Made by a program: the position numbers and the translations under genes. From Thermoanaerobaculia bacterium (GTDB taxonomy: Bacteria > Acidobacteriota > Thermoanaerobaculia > UBA5066), in the NCBI GenBank assembly GCA_022071945.1, contig JAJVIN010000021.1:32452-96451 (forward strand): a DNA stretch of 64,000 nucleotides, given 5' to 3'. A model generated the notes under the pieces. That model saw only the letters and a list, made by a program, of their open reading frames with translations. It was not told where the DNA came from and made no database searches. This document shows positions 39,124-49,102 of this stretch, one piece after another. Each line of letters starts with the position of its first letter. The first letter of the stretch is position 1.

Positions 39124-40067
39124 TCCGGCACCGTCAGGACGACCTTTCCGATGTTCTCGTTTCGTTCCAGGATGGCGTGCGCAAGGGCCGTTTGACCGAT
39201 CGGGATCACGGCGTGAACGACGGGGCGGAATCGCTCGGCCGCGAATCCGGGCAGGATGTCGGCGGAGAACCGCCGGATGATCTCGGCCTTTTCGGAAATA
39301 GAACGGGACCGAAGCGTGGACCCGATGATCCTCAGCCTCTTGGCCATGAGGGCCCGAAGGTCGAGCTCGGCCTTTGGGCCGCCCATCGTGGCGATCTGAA
39401 CGAGCCTGCCGCCCCGGGAGAGGACCTGCACGTTCTGCGGGAAGAAGGACCCGCCGACGGGATCCAGAATCACGCCCACGGCATCCCGTCCCCATTCCGC
39501 CTCCAGGGCGGCGGCAAAGAGGCCATCCGGCGCGGCCAGGGCGAGATCGGCCCCGAGGGCTGAGAGCGCCTTCAGTTTGCCGGCCGACCGGACCGTCGCC
39601 GCCACGCGGCAGCCCCGGTCCTTGGCGATCTGGATGCCGGCGGTTCCCACACCCGAGGCCGCGGCGTGCAAGAGAATGCTCTCCCTGTCTTTCAATCCGG
39701 CTTCGAGGACCAAGTTGAGATAGGCGGTCAGCCAGACCTCCGGAATCGAGGCCGCCTCTGCAAACGACAGGTTCGCGGGCACCGGCATCAGATGCGATCG
39801 AGGAACGGCCACGCGCTCGGCGTATCCGCCGCCCGGCAGGAGAAAGAAGACCCGCTCTCCCGAGTCCTCCGCCACGCCGGCCGCCTCGAGTCCCAGGATC
39901 TCCGACTCTCCAGGCGGAGGCGGGTACTTGCCCGCGGCTTGCAAGAGGTCCGCCCGGTTCACGGCCGTCGCCCGCACCCGGACCAAGACCTCCCCCGGCC
40001 GGCAAGACGGATCGGGTACTTCGGTCCACTGGAAGTGACCGGGAGCCAGGCAGACGACCGCTCTCAT
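39120..40067 (-). CDS. NAD(P)H:quinone oxidoreductase (MDR superfamily, zinc-independent).
   Basis: GroES-like N-terminus and AASGVGTAGIQ Rossmann motif. Confidence 0.8.
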   Translation of the reverse strand: MRAVVCLAPGHFQWTEVPDPSCRPGEVLVRVRATAVNRADLLQAAGKYPPPPGESEILGLEAAGVAEDSGERVFFLLPGGGYAERVAVPRSHLMPVPANLSFAEAASIPEVWLTAYLNLVLEAGLKDRESILLHAAASGVGTAGIQIAKDRGCRVAATVRSAGKLKALSALGADLALAAPDGLFAAALEAEWGRDAVGVILDPVGGSFFPQNVQVLSRGGRLVQIATMGGPKAELDLRALMAKRLRIIGSTLRSRSISEKAEIIRRFSADILPGFAAERFRPVVHAVIPIGQTALAHAILERNENIGKVVLTVPE

Positions 40068-40160
40068 GACAGTTCTTCTTCCTCTTTTCTCAGTTTAGCC
40101 CCGAGGACGTCTTTCCATCTCCGGGGAAACGCCGCTTAGAATTCGAAAGGCACCAGCACC

Positions 40161-42092
40161 ATGAACGAGAGTTCCCGCCCGAGACGGCGACCGCTCACCG
40201 AGATCCGGCGCACGGTCAGCGAGTTCGCGACCGCGGTCGCCTCGCAGCCCGCGGCCTGGCCCCACCTCTTCACCGTCTACAGACAGCGGATCGCCGCGAC
40301 GCAGGGAGCCGACCTGCCCGACGCTGTCTCGACCCTCGAGACCGAGCATCGGGGCCAGACTCAGAGATACCTTTTCACGGGACTCGAGAGCTTCGGCAAG
40401 GGCGGGATGAACGCCGTCTCGAAGGGCATCGAGATCCTCACGGGCCGGACGGTCATCCTGAGACGCCATCTCCCGTCCGAGAGCGCGGCTGAGGAAGAGG
40501 TTCGCTCCCGGCGGGACTTCATCGTCCAGGACCGGATGACGGTCCTCAGAAGGCACCCCATCATCCCCCGCTTCTGGGCCACCGGGGAGTTCGAGGGACA
40601 GAGGTGCGAGGTCTTCGATTTCGCGCCTGGGATCAGCCTGGCGAGCTTCGTCAATCAGAAGGGACTCACCTACGGCGACTTTCTCGACTTCGGCTACCAC
40701 GCCGCCCGGGGGCTCTTCCACCTCCACCAGCAGGGCCTCATCCACGGAGACGTCAAGCCGGAGAACTTCTGCGTGGAGAAACGAGTCCACCCCGACGGCC
40801 GGTCTCGCCTGCGCGTTCAGCTGATCGACTTCGACATCGTCTCGACGGCCGAGGAGCAGATCCGGCAGTACTCCCTCGGCATCGCCCTCGAGGGCACTCT
40901 CCCCTACATGCCCCCGGAGAACTTCTGGCAGGACGTGCCCGAGGACGACCTCCTTGCGGAGAGGATGGTCTTCTCCAAGGACGTCTTCGCCCTCGGACTC
41001 ACCCTCTACAGGATCGGCAGCGGACGGTTCCCCGAGAACTTCTACACCTCCGTCGAGTCGCTCCTGGCCAAGAAGGTGGAAGGGACGCCAGCGGAGCTCC
41101 GATTCCCCGGCTCCTGGCCCCGCGAGCTCATCCAGCTCGTCGAGCTGATGAGCGCGAGCGACTGGGCCATGCGCCCGGCCCTGCGCTATGTCATCCAGGT
41201 GTTCAGGCGTTTCCGGGATCTGACCACCGAGGAGGAGCGCGAGGTCCACCTGACGTTCCCGGAGGCGCCCGACACGGAATCGGCCACCGCCGCGATGGCG
41301 CCGCTCGAGGGCGAGCACGTCGGCCCCTACCTCGTCATCAACCAGAACTTCTATCCGCGCTCCGGATCCGATGGCCAGACGCTGCCGCTCGCGGCTCTCA
41401 GAGACCGGTTTGGAAGAAACCTCATCGGCGTACCCTTCGCCTTCCGGACGGAAGAGGAGGAAAAGGCGTTCTACGAGGAGCGCAACGATGCCCTCAAGAA
41501 GCTCAACACCCTCAGGCTGAAGCACCCCGAGCACTTCCCGGGCAGCTTCCGGGACCTCGTGAGGGAGCACCGCGGAGGGCAGTACCTCGTCTGGATCATT
41601 CGCCCCCTGCTCGAAAACGCCAAGCCGCTCCCCCAGTTCCTCGAGGAGGAGAACCCGAACGCGACGCCAAAAGAGCGGCTCCAGATTCTGCGCAAGACCG
41701 CCGAGGCCCTGGCCTTGCTCGAGGAGGCCGGGTTCCACCTGCCCCAGCTGACGCCGGATCTCATCTTCTTCATCCCGCTCGCCAACGACGTCCCCGGGGT
41801 CTCTCTGACTCGCGGGGCCATCACCCGGCCCGTGACGAGGATGTTCGACGTCCTGTCGAGACGCCCGGAAAACCGCTTCCGGCAGGAACTGATGGGCACA
41901 GCCTCGGTGAGACGAGGAGCCATGGGAACCAAGGACCCCACGGTCCCGGGCTTCCTCCAGATCGCGGAAGACATCCGCGTCCTGAGGGACCTCTCGATCG
42001 GCGAGACGATCATGTTTCTCGCCATTCGCGAGGCCACGACCTGGCGGGAGCGCCTGAGCATCATCTTGATGCTCGAGATGCAGCAAGGCTGA
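40161..42092 (+). CDS. Atypical (non-RD) protein kinase with a C-terminal extension of about 310 aa of unknown function.
   Basis: G-loop FGKGGMNAVSKG. Catalytic loop HGDVKPEN (Gly replaces the RD arginine). DFD in place of DFG. PYMPPE in place of APE. Confidence 0.75.
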   Translation: MNESSRPRRRPLTEIRRTVSEFATAVASQPAAWPHLFTVYRQRIAATQGADLPDAVSTLETEHRGQTQRYLFTGLESFGKGGMNAVSKGIEILTGRTVILRRHLPSESAAEEEVRSRRDFIVQDRMTVLRRHPIIPRFWATGEFEGQRCEVFDFAPGISLASFVNQKGLTYGDFLDFGYHAARGLFHLHQQGLIHGDVKPENFCVEKRVHPDGRSRLRVQLIDFDIVSTAEEQIRQYSLGIALEGTLPYMPPENFWQDVPEDDLLAERMVFSKDVFALGLTLYRIGSGRFPENFYTSVESLLAKKVEGTPAELRFPGSWPRELIQLVELMSASDWAMRPALRYVIQVFRRFRDLTTEEEREVHLTFPEAPDTESATAAMAPLEGEHVGPYLVINQNFYPRSGSDGQTLPLAALRDRFGRNLIGVPFAFRTEEEEKAFYEERNDALKKLNTLRLKHPEHFPGSFRDLVREHRGGQYLVWIIRPLLENAKPLPQFLEEENPNATPKERLQILRKTAEALALLEEAGFHLPQLTPDLIFFIPLANDVPGVSLTRGAITRPVTRMFDVLSRRPENRFRQELMGTASVRRGAMGTKDPTVPGFLQIAEDIRVLRDLSIGETIMFLAIREATTWRERLSIILMLEMQQG

Positions 42093-42210
42093 GACCGAAA
42101 GAGGGAGGCCGCGGAGAGCGCAAAAGCCCGCTGCTCACGTCTCGCTCTCTCAAAAAGAGACCACGGCGTCGCCAGATCTATAGAATCAGTGCGTGCCCAG
42201 CCGAAAGGCG

Positions 42211-42741
42211 ATGTCCCGCTGCTCTGAAGAGCCATGCGTCTACAGGGATCTCTTCGACGCCGTCGAGGACATCCTGTACGTGCGGGATCTCGACGGCGTC
42301 ATCCTGGAGATCAACGAGGCAGGAGCAAGGTTTCTCGGAAAGCCGAAGGAGAAGATCATCGGAACGACGTTCCATGGAGCCCCCGTGGACGACAGGGCGA
42401 TGAGCCTGATGGAGACGAATCTGGCCCTCTTGGAAAACGGCACGGACCGTTCGACCGTCAAGCTCACCGGTGCCGATGGCGCCGAGCACGTCTTCGAGTG
42501 CCGCGCCACCCTGATGCTCGACCCCCGGACTCGCACTCCGGCGGGGGCGTTCGGAGTGATGCGAGAGATCACGATGACCCTCATCGAAGAGCAGAGGGCG
42601 AGGCTCCGGCCCGCCTTCGAGGGGAACGCGCCCTCGTGGCTCGCGGATCCCCCGGCCTCGGCCGCATCGGACGTCGCGACCTGCGAGCTCCCCGGACTCC
42701 GAGAGGCGAAGGAGCCTCGAAAGGGGGGCGTGAGGCCGTGA
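42211..42741 (+). CDS. Stand-alone PAS-domain protein.
   Basis: The PAS core reads ILYVRDLDGVILEINEAGARFLGKPKEKIIGTTF. Confidence 0.6.
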   Translation: MSRCSEEPCVYRDLFDAVEDILYVRDLDGVILEINEAGARFLGKPKEKIIGTTFHGAPVDDRAMSLMETNLALLENGTDRSTVKLTGADGAEHVFECRATLMLDPRTRTPAGAFGVMREITMTLIEEQRARLRPAFEGNAPSWLADPPASAASDVATCELPGLREAKEPRKGGVRP

Positions 42742-43814
42742 CCGAACAGAGAAACGACGCCGGCTTTCTCGCCCCGCTCTCCAACGCGCAGAGCTTCGAG
42801 GCCCTGCGCCGGCTCCACGGTGTCATGATGGTCGAGGAGAAGTGGACCGACTGGGAGGCGACCGGGTTCTCCTGGTGGCCGGGCCGGCTGAGGCAGAGGC
42901 TTCACATCGAAGAGGTGGACTGGCGGGGATACCAGGCCCGGCGCCTGGTGGCGGAGACGGACCTCTACTCCGGAAGTCCCGGCGCGGCCGCGCTTGAGGG
43001 ATTCTGCGAGCTCTCGCGCTTTCCCCCGCTCAGTCATTTCGTGGTCGATCAGGACGCGAAGCGGACGGCTCTCAGGGCGCATCTCTTGCTCGCCGAGGCA
43101 TGGGAGGCCGAGATGGTCGCCCGTTTCTCGGTCGTGGCGATCTTGCAGGCGACCTTCGCGGAGCTCGGGGGCGAGGGCCTCGCCTCGCGCTTCGGTCTTG
43201 CGCTCGCCACGAGCCAGCACCCCGAGAGCGGCGAGAGAGAACACCCGGACGGTCTCCTGAGCCTGGCCGCGGCCGAGATCGTGCCCGCCGGCCGGGACGG
43301 ATCGGCCTGGAACACTCCGGAGGTCTTCGAGGAGGTCTCCGAGATCCTCGTGGATGCGGACGCCCGGGTGACATCGACGCGAGCCGGGCTCCTCTCGGCA
43401 CGCCTCCCCTCGCCCGAGCCCGGGGGCGACCGCTACGCGCCCCGTTCCTCGGCTCTCCTGCAGATCCAGTTCGAGGCGAACCACCCGGAGCTCGCGAACG
43501 GAGCCTGCCTGAGACTCTTCCTGCCTCACCACCTCACGGAGGCGGCGGGATCGCCCGCACTGACCGCCCTCACCTTGAACTCGCGAGAGATCGAGGGGGT
43601 GGACGCTCCCGCCTTCGGCTTCGGGGCCTGGTGCCTGGAGCACTCGATTCCCGAGGTCATCGAGTTCGCGGTGAAGCCTTCGCCCGCGCGGCTCTGCCAC
43701 GTGGTCTTCATCCCGAACTATCTCCACGGCGAGAGCATCTTGCCCCTCCTTCTCGAGGACGAGATCCTCAGGTCGGCCTGGGCGCTGGATGTCCTCGGGG
43801 AAACCCGGAAGTAG
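42738..43814 (+). CDS. Hypothetical protein (358 aa), translationally coupled to the PAS protein.
   Basis: Its GTG overlaps the upstream TGA as GTGA, and it runs in the coding-strand direction of the neighbouring genes. No motifs were recognised. Confidence 0.5.
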   Translation: MTEQRNDAGFLAPLSNAQSFEALRRLHGVMMVEEKWTDWEATGFSWWPGRLRQRLHIEEVDWRGYQARRLVAETDLYSGSPGAAALEGFCELSRFPPLSHFVVDQDAKRTALRAHLLLAEAWEAEMVARFSVVAILQATFAELGGEGLASRFGLALATSQHPESGEREHPDGLLSLAAAEIVPAGRDGSAWNTPEVFEEVSEILVDADARVTSTRAGLLSARLPSPEPGGDRYAPRSSALLQIQFEANHPELANGACLRLFLPHHLTEAAGSPALTALTLNSREIEGVDAPAFGFGAWCLEHSIPEVIEFAVKPSPARLCHVVFIPNYLHGESILPLLLEDEILRSAWALDVLGETRK

Positions 43815-43867
43815 GACTCCGAAACTGCCAGCGCCCGCGGCCCCCGCCTTGCGCTACTCTGTCCGGC

Positions 43868-45040
43868 ATGCCACTCGTGATCGACTTCGACCTGGTTCGT
43901 GACGCCGCAATCCAGAAGACCAAGGTGAAGGAGCTCTGCGACACCGCGGAAGAGATCTACGAGGACGGCTTCTACCCGATGATGGAGGTTGTCAGACCCT
44001 GGTCGCGTCACAATCCCGTGCTCCAGGGCGAGCTCGCGTGCCCCCGGGCGATCCGGTGGTTCCTGGAGCGGGAGCTGACAAAGCTCGCGCAATCGAAGGC
44101 CAAGGTCTCGGTGGGAGCCTCGCGGCCCGTCCTCGGCTTTGATGATCCCGCTCTTTTCTCGGCCCTCGACGAGCGTGAGTGGGACCTGCGGAAAAAGAAG
44201 CTCATCCTGTTTCGTCCGGAGAGAATCGCGCTCTCGCTCAACCGTCTCGAGCACTACACGGGGAGCAAGCCCGAGTGGTTCCAGCGCTTCGTCCTCTTCA
44301 CGAACTACACGATGCACGTGGAGGTGTTCCTCAACGCTTTTCCGGATGCGCTCAGGCCCCGGCAGAACGGCGTGCAGATGCCGGCCTACCATCACGTGAT
44401 GCCCGGCAACACGGGCGTCACGCTCCTCAATATCGGGGTCGGACCCGCCAACGCGAAGACGATCACGGACCACCTCGCGGTGCTCCGGCCGGACGCGATG
44501 ATCATGGTCGGCCACTGCGGGGGGGTCAGAAACCACCAGGAGATCGGGGATCTCGTCATTGCGACGGCCTTCATGAGGGGCGACCGCGTGATGGACGAGA
44601 TCCTGCCGAGGAGCGTGCCGGTCGCCTCGAATCACCACCTGAATTCCGGCCTGATCGCCGCGCTCGACCGCCGCGATGCCCCCTACCGGATCGGGACGGT
44701 CTACACGACCGGCAACCGGAACTGGGAGTTCGACCCGAAGGACACGATCGAGGAGATGGCCCTCTGCCGGGCCGTCGCCATCGACATGGAGTCCGCCACC
44801 ATCGCGGCGAACGGGTTCAGATACCGGATCCCCTTCGCGGCGCTCCTCTCCGTCAGCGACAAACCGCTTCACGGCAAGCCGAAGCTCTCGGCGGAGGCCC
44901 AGCTCTTCTACAAGGCGAGCCGGGAGCAGCACCTGGCCACGGCCATCGAGGCGATCGAGAAGATCCGGGTCCAGTTCCCCGACGGCCTTCCGACCGGAGA
45001 CATCCGGTCGATCGATGAACCGCTCCTCGGCAACCGCTGA
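43868..45040 (+). CDS. amn: AMP nucleosidase (Amn N-terminal domain plus PNP/UDP phosphorylase fold).
   Basis: Amn N-domain with FTNY...YV. Catalytic domain with HCGG and AIDMESATIA. Confidence 0.8.
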   Translation: MPLVIDFDLVRDAAIQKTKVKELCDTAEEIYEDGFYPMMEVVRPWSRHNPVLQGELACPRAIRWFLERELTKLAQSKAKVSVGASRPVLGFDDPALFSALDEREWDLRKKKLILFRPERIALSLNRLEHYTGSKPEWFQRFVLFTNYTMHVEVFLNAFPDALRPRQNGVQMPAYHHVMPGNTGVTLLNIGVGPANAKTITDHLAVLRPDAMIMVGHCGGVRNHQEIGDLVIATAFMRGDRVMDEILPRSVPVASNHHLNSGLIAALDRRDAPYRIGTVYTTGNRNWEFDPKDTIEEMALCRAVAIDMESATIAANGFRYRIPFAALLSVSDKPLHGKPKLSAEAQLFYKASREQHLATAIEAIEKIRVQFPDGLPTGDIRSIDEPLLGNR

Positions 45041-45115
45041 GGCGGGCGGTCCGCTAAGATTACGGCCGATTTCCGCAGGGCCCCGCGCGACGGGGCCGGC
45101 AAGGAAGGAACCCGC

Positions 45116-45865
45116 ATGAAAAAGGTCGTTCTCCTCCGGCATGGCGAGAGCCAGTGGAATCTCGAGAACCGGTTCACGGGCTGGACCGATGTCGACCTGA
45201 CCCCGAAGGGAGTCGAGGAAGCCAAGACAGCCGCCCGGCTCCTGACCGAAGCCGGATTGACGTTCGATGTGGCCTACACCTCCGTCCTGAAGAGGGCCAT
45301 CCGGACCCTCTGGCTGACGCTCGATGGGATGGATCTCATGTGGATCCCCGTCATCAGGAACTGGAGGCTGAACGAGCGCCACTATGGAGCCCTCCAGGGG
45401 CTCAACAAGGCCGAGACGGCCGCCAAGTTCGGCGACGCCCAGGTGAAGCTCTGGCGCAGGAGCTATGCCGTTCCGCCCCCGGCGCTGACGCCCGAGGACG
45501 AGCGGTACCCGGGCAAGGACCGGCGCTACAGCGGGCTCTCGCCCGAAGAAATGCCCCTGACCGAGTCCCTGAAGGACACGGTCGCCCGCTTCGTTCCCTA
45601 CTGGGAAACTGTCATCGCGCCGGCCGTCAAGGCCGGGGAGCGCGTCCTGATCGCCGCCCACGGCAACAGCCTGCGGGCGCTGGTCAAGCACCTCGACGGC
45701 CTGTCGGAAGAGGCCATCATCGAGCTCAACATCCCCACCGCCATCCCGCTGGTCTACGAGCTGGACAACGACCTGAAACCCCTGAAGAACTACTACCTCG
45801 GCGATCCAGAGGCCGCCAAGAAGGCGGCGGAGGCGGTCGCCAAGCAGGCAGCGGCAAAGGCGTAG
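45116..45865 (+). CDS. gpmA: 2,3-bisphosphoglycerate-dependent phosphoglycerate mutase.
   Basis: [10 protein letters not shown] histidine-phosphatase signature. Confidence 0.95.
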   Translation: MKKVVLLRHGESQWNLENRFTGWTDVDLTPKGVEEAKTAARLLTEAGLTFDVAYTSVLKRAIRTLWLTLDGMDLMWIPVIRNWRLNERHYGALQGLNKAETAAKFGDAQVKLWRRSYAVPPPALTPEDERYPGKDRRYSGLSPEEMPLTESLKDTVARFVPYWETVIAPAVKAGERVLIAAHGNSLRALVKHLDGLSEEAIIELNIPTAIPLVYELDNDLKPLKNYYLGDPEAAKKAAEAVAKQAAAKA

Positions 45866-45999
45866 CGCCGCTCCGCCAGGCCCTGAAGGCCCGTCTCTAC
45901 AGGGAGAGGGCTTTGCCTGGCGGCCCCTATCGCCCAGAAGCCGCTCTCTACCAGGGGAGGGGCAACGCCAAGGACGCGGGGTGAGATCCCCCAGAAGCA

Positions 46000-46027
46000 C
46001 TCGAGGCGGCCTTTTGGCCGCCTCGAG
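46000..46027. terminator. Bidirectional terminator: perfect 12-bp stem (CTCGAGGCGGCC tttt GGCCGCCTCGAG).
   Basis: Read directly from the sequence, between convergent gpmA and etfA. Confidence 0.75.
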
Positions 46028-46053
46028 GTCTTCTTACCGGGAATGGTTGGGCT

Positions 46054-47031
46054 TCAGCCCTTCATCTTCTTGGCGGCCTCGGTCATGGCCGGGACGATCT
46101 GGAAGAGATCGCCGACGACGCCGTAGGTGGCGACCTTGAAGATCGGGGCTTCGGGGTCCTTGTTGATGGCCACGATGACCTTCGAGGAACCCATGCCCGC
46201 CAGGTGCTGGATGGCGCCGGAAACGCCGCACGCCACGTAGAGCGACGGGGAGACGACCTTGCCGGTCTGGCCCACCTGGTGAGAGTGGTCGATCCAGCCC
46301 GCGTCGACCGCCGCGCGAGAGGCGCCGAGGGCCGCGCCGAGTTCCTTGCAGAGCCCGCGCAGGATCGGCCAGCTCTCGGGTCCCTTGATGCCGCGTCCGC
46401 CGGTGACGATCTTGTCGGCCTCGGCCACGTCGAGCTCGCCCGCTTCCGAGGTCTCGAGCTTCACGACCTTCGCCCGGATCTTCAGACCGGCGAGGTCGAG
46501 ATTCACGATTTCACCCGCTCCCGGAGCGTCCTTCGACGCCGGGAAGACGTTCGGGCGGGGGGTTGCGATCTGCAGGGCGGCACCGGCGGCGGGGGCCACC
46601 GTGGCGCGCGCCTTGCCGGAGTAGACCGAGCGGTTCCCGACGAGGTTTCCGCCCTCGATGTCCAGAGCCATCACGTCCGAGAGCATGCCGGCCTTCTTGC
46701 GGGCGGCAAAGCGCGGAGCGACGTCCTTGCCCATGGTCGTCGCGGAAACGAGGACGACATTCGGGGAGAACGCCTTGGCGGCGGCGTCGAGCGCGGCCAC
46801 GTAGCCCTCGCAAGAATAGAGAGCGAGATCGGCGTGGTCGGCCACGAAGACCTTGGCCGCGCCATAGGCCGAAAGCTCACCGGTGAGCCCGGCAATGCCC
46901 GAGCCGGCCACGACGGCGGCGACGGAGCCGCCACTCTTCTTCGCCAGGTTCCGGCCAAGGGTCAGAGCCTCCAGGGAGGCCTTGCGAATCTTTCCATCAC
47001 GCTGTTCGATGAAAACGAGAACGTTCGCCAT
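46054..47031 (-). CDS. etfA: Electron transfer flavoprotein alpha subunit.
   Basis: C-terminal FAD-binding region with the conserved PELYIAVGISGAIQH-type motif, here [16 protein letters not shown]. Confidence 0.9.
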   Translation of the reverse strand: MANVLVFIEQRDGKIRKASLEALTLGRNLAKKSGGSVAAVVAGSGIAGLTGELSAYGAAKVFVADHADLALYSCEGYVAALDAAAKAFSPNVVLVSATTMGKDVAPRFAARKKAGMLSDVMALDIEGGNLVGNRSVYSGKARATVAPAAGAALQIATPRPNVFPASKDAPGAGEIVNLDLAGLKIRAKVVKLETSEAGELDVAEADKIVTGGRGIKGPESWPILRGLCKELGAALGASRAAVDAGWIDHSHQVGQTGKVVSPSLYVACGVSGAIQHLAGMGSSKVIVAINKDPEAPIFKVATYGVVGDLFQIVPAMTEAAKKMKG

Positions 47032-47061
47032 GGATACTCTTCCTTCCTGATCCCTGAAAAC

Positions 47062-47850
47062 CTACAGAACCTTCGCTTCGTCGCGGAGCAGGCGGAGGAG
47101 CTCCTCCGCGGCCTTGGCGGGGTCGTCCGCCGGCACGAGCTTGACGGCCTGACGGGCCGGGGGCAGCTCGAGCTTGGTCCAGCGCACGGGCGACTTGTCC
47201 CCGCTCATCGCGGCGGCATCCACACCCACCTCGGCGGGCTTCTTCACCGCGATCTGCTTCTTCTTGGCGGCCATGATGCCCTTGAGGGAGGCGTAGCGCG
47301 GCTCGTTGAGCCCCTTCTGCGCGCCGATCACGGCCGGCAGCGGGCACTCGACGACTTCCTTGGCCCCCTCGATCTCTCTCCAGGCAGTGACCGCACCGGC
47401 CTTCCACTCGATCTTCGTCACGAGGTTCACGTGCGGCAGGTCGAGGAACTCGGCCACCATCGGCACCATCACCTGGGCGTCGGTGCCAACGCCCTTGTTG
47501 CCGAGCCACACGACGTCGTACTTGAGCGTCTTGATCGCGCCCGCAAGCATCTGGGCCACGCCGAGGGAGTCAACATCCGCGATCCCTTCGGAGGCGATGC
47601 GGATCGCTTCGTCCGCTCCGCGCGCCAGGCACTCACGCAGACCGACATCGGCTCGAGCCGGACCGTACGTGACCACCGTGACCGTTCCCCCCTTGGCTTC
47701 CTTGGCCTTGATGGCCTCCTCCAGGGCGAACTCGTCATAGGGCGACACGATCCACTTGACGTCAGCCTCGTCGATCGACTTCCCATCGGAGCCGATCTTG
47801 ATCTTGGTTTCTGTATCCGGAACGTACGCTATGCAGACGACGTGATTCAT
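47062..47850 (-). CDS. etfB: Electron transfer flavoprotein beta subunit.
   Basis: The ETF-beta N-terminus MNHVVCIAYVPDTETKIKIGSDGKSID matches the family. Confidence 0.9.
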   Translation of the reverse strand: MNHVVCIAYVPDTETKIKIGSDGKSIDEADVKWIVSPYDEFALEEAIKAKEAKGGTVTVVTYGPARADVGLRECLARGADEAIRIASEGIADVDSLGVAQMLAGAIKTLKYDVVWLGNKGVGTDAQVMVPMVAEFLDLPHVNLVTKIEWKAGAVTAWREIEGAKEVVECPLPAVIGAQKGLNEPRYASLKGIMAAKKKQIAVKKPAEVGVDAAAMSGDKSPVRWTKLELPPARQAVKLVPADDPAKAAEELLRLLRDEAKVL

Positions 47851-47943
47851 CTCTGCTCCCTCTAGAAATTGACGCGAGACCCCGGACGGGGCCCGTGAAT
47901 CAAACTACCACGCTCCCGGGACGTCCGGCACAAAAAACCGTAG

Positions 47944-47957
47944 GAACCTCTCAGAAC
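47944..47957. promoter_or_regulatory. Candidate SOS (LexA) operator, GAAC-N6-GAAC direct repeat, upstream of the imuA-imuB-dnaE2 cassette.
   Basis: GAACctctcaGAAC lies 140 nt upstream of imuA in a locally AT-rich region. It resembles but does not exactly match the alphaproteobacterial/acidobacterial GTTC-N7-GTTC box. Confidence 0.3.
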
Positions 47958-48098
47958 GCCCGCAAATCCCTCCATTCCATTGATTTCCCCTATTTACTCC
48001 AATTTCTCTCTTTTCCCCGCACCCTTGACTTACGTCTTTTTTGCGACTAGCGTTAGTCAGGCGCAAATACGGATTCGTGCTCGAGGGGGGAAAGGATC

Positions 48099-49091
48099 AT
48101 GGAGGCTCTTCAGATGGTGGGGGCGAGGGAAGCAGGAGGAACGGGAAAAGCTGGCGAACGCGGCACGGCCGAGATCGCGGGAATGACCTCATCGGGGTGG
48201 CCAGGAGGGACGCCAGGCACGGCGGTGGTCGCACGGTTGAGGGCGGCTCTTCCAGACTCCCTCTCTTCCTTTCTTTCCCGGGGAACGGACCTCTTGCAGC
48301 GCAACCGGTACACCCGGTCAACCGTCTTGCCGACAAGGATTCCGGGGTTTGACGAAGTGCTGGGGGGCGGTTTGCCGAAGGGAGAGGTCGTCGAGATCAC
48401 CGGCTCTCGTTCCTCGGGCCGTTTTTCGCTCGTCCTGTCGCTTCTGGCCGCCGTGACGAGCCAGGGGAATTCCGCGGTTTTCATCGACTTGGGGGACAGT
48501 CTCGACCCGCGAGCCGTCCGGGCGGAGGGAGGGGATCCGTCCCGGCTCCTCTGGGTGCGGCCCCGGAAGTTCCGGGAGGCCCTGGTGGCGGCGGAGATCG
48601 TGGCGGCGACGGGGTTTTCGCTCGTCGTTCTCGACCTGGGGGTGGATCCGATCCGGCGCGGGCCCTTCCGGGAAGCGGCTCCCTGGCTCCGGCTGGCCCG
48701 GACGGTCCGGACGCACGACACGGCCTTCGTGATCCTCGGCGCCACGAGGGTGAGTGGACCGGCGGCGCGTCATGTCCTGTCGCTTGCGCGCCCCCGCTCG
48801 TTCTGGAAGATCGAGGCTCCTGCTCCCCCGCTCCTCGAGGGGCTGGCAACCGGTCTACTGGTCGAGAAGCACCCCGGGTCAGGGCCCGGGCTCTACCGGC
48901 GGATCCGCTTCCAGGTCCCCGAAGCTCTGACCCGGCCGGAGCGTCTCGAGCATGAGGAGCGTGGACGGGCGGCCGGCTCCGTTCCCGCGGTGGCGGCGGA
49001 GGCGCCGGTGCTTCGCAACCCGGAAAGCGCAGAGGGCGGAGCCCCGTCGAAAGCCGCGGCCGCCGTTCACCGGCGGGCAGTGGGGGCGTAA
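48099..49091 (+). CDS. imuA: ImuA-like RecA-fold SOS mutagenesis protein.
   Basis: RecA/KaiC-like P-loop context (IPGFDEVLGGGLPKGEVVEITGSRSSGRFS). It sits directly upstream of imuB and dnaE2. Confidence 0.75.
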   Translation: MEALQMVGAREAGGTGKAGERGTAEIAGMTSSGWPGGTPGTAVVARLRAALPDSLSSFLSRGTDLLQRNRYTRSTVLPTRIPGFDEVLGGGLPKGEVVEITGSRSSGRFSLVLSLLAAVTSQGNSAVFIDLGDSLDPRAVRAEGGDPSRLLWVRPRKFREALVAAEIVAATGFSLVVLDLGVDPIRRGPFREAAPWLRLARTVRTHDTAFVILGATRVSGPAARHVLSLARPRSFWKIEAPAPPLLEGLATGLLVEKHPGSGPGLYRRIRFQVPEALTRPERLEHEERGRAAGSVPAVAAEAPVLRNPESAEGGAPSKAAAAVHRRAVGA

Positions 49092-49102
49092 GGAGGGATC
49101 CC

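Noticed and set aside
48025-48030. TTGACT as a sigma-70 -35 element for imuA.
   Set aside because: No convincing -10 at 16 to 18 bp (TAGCGT at best). Kept only as context inside the SOS-box finding.
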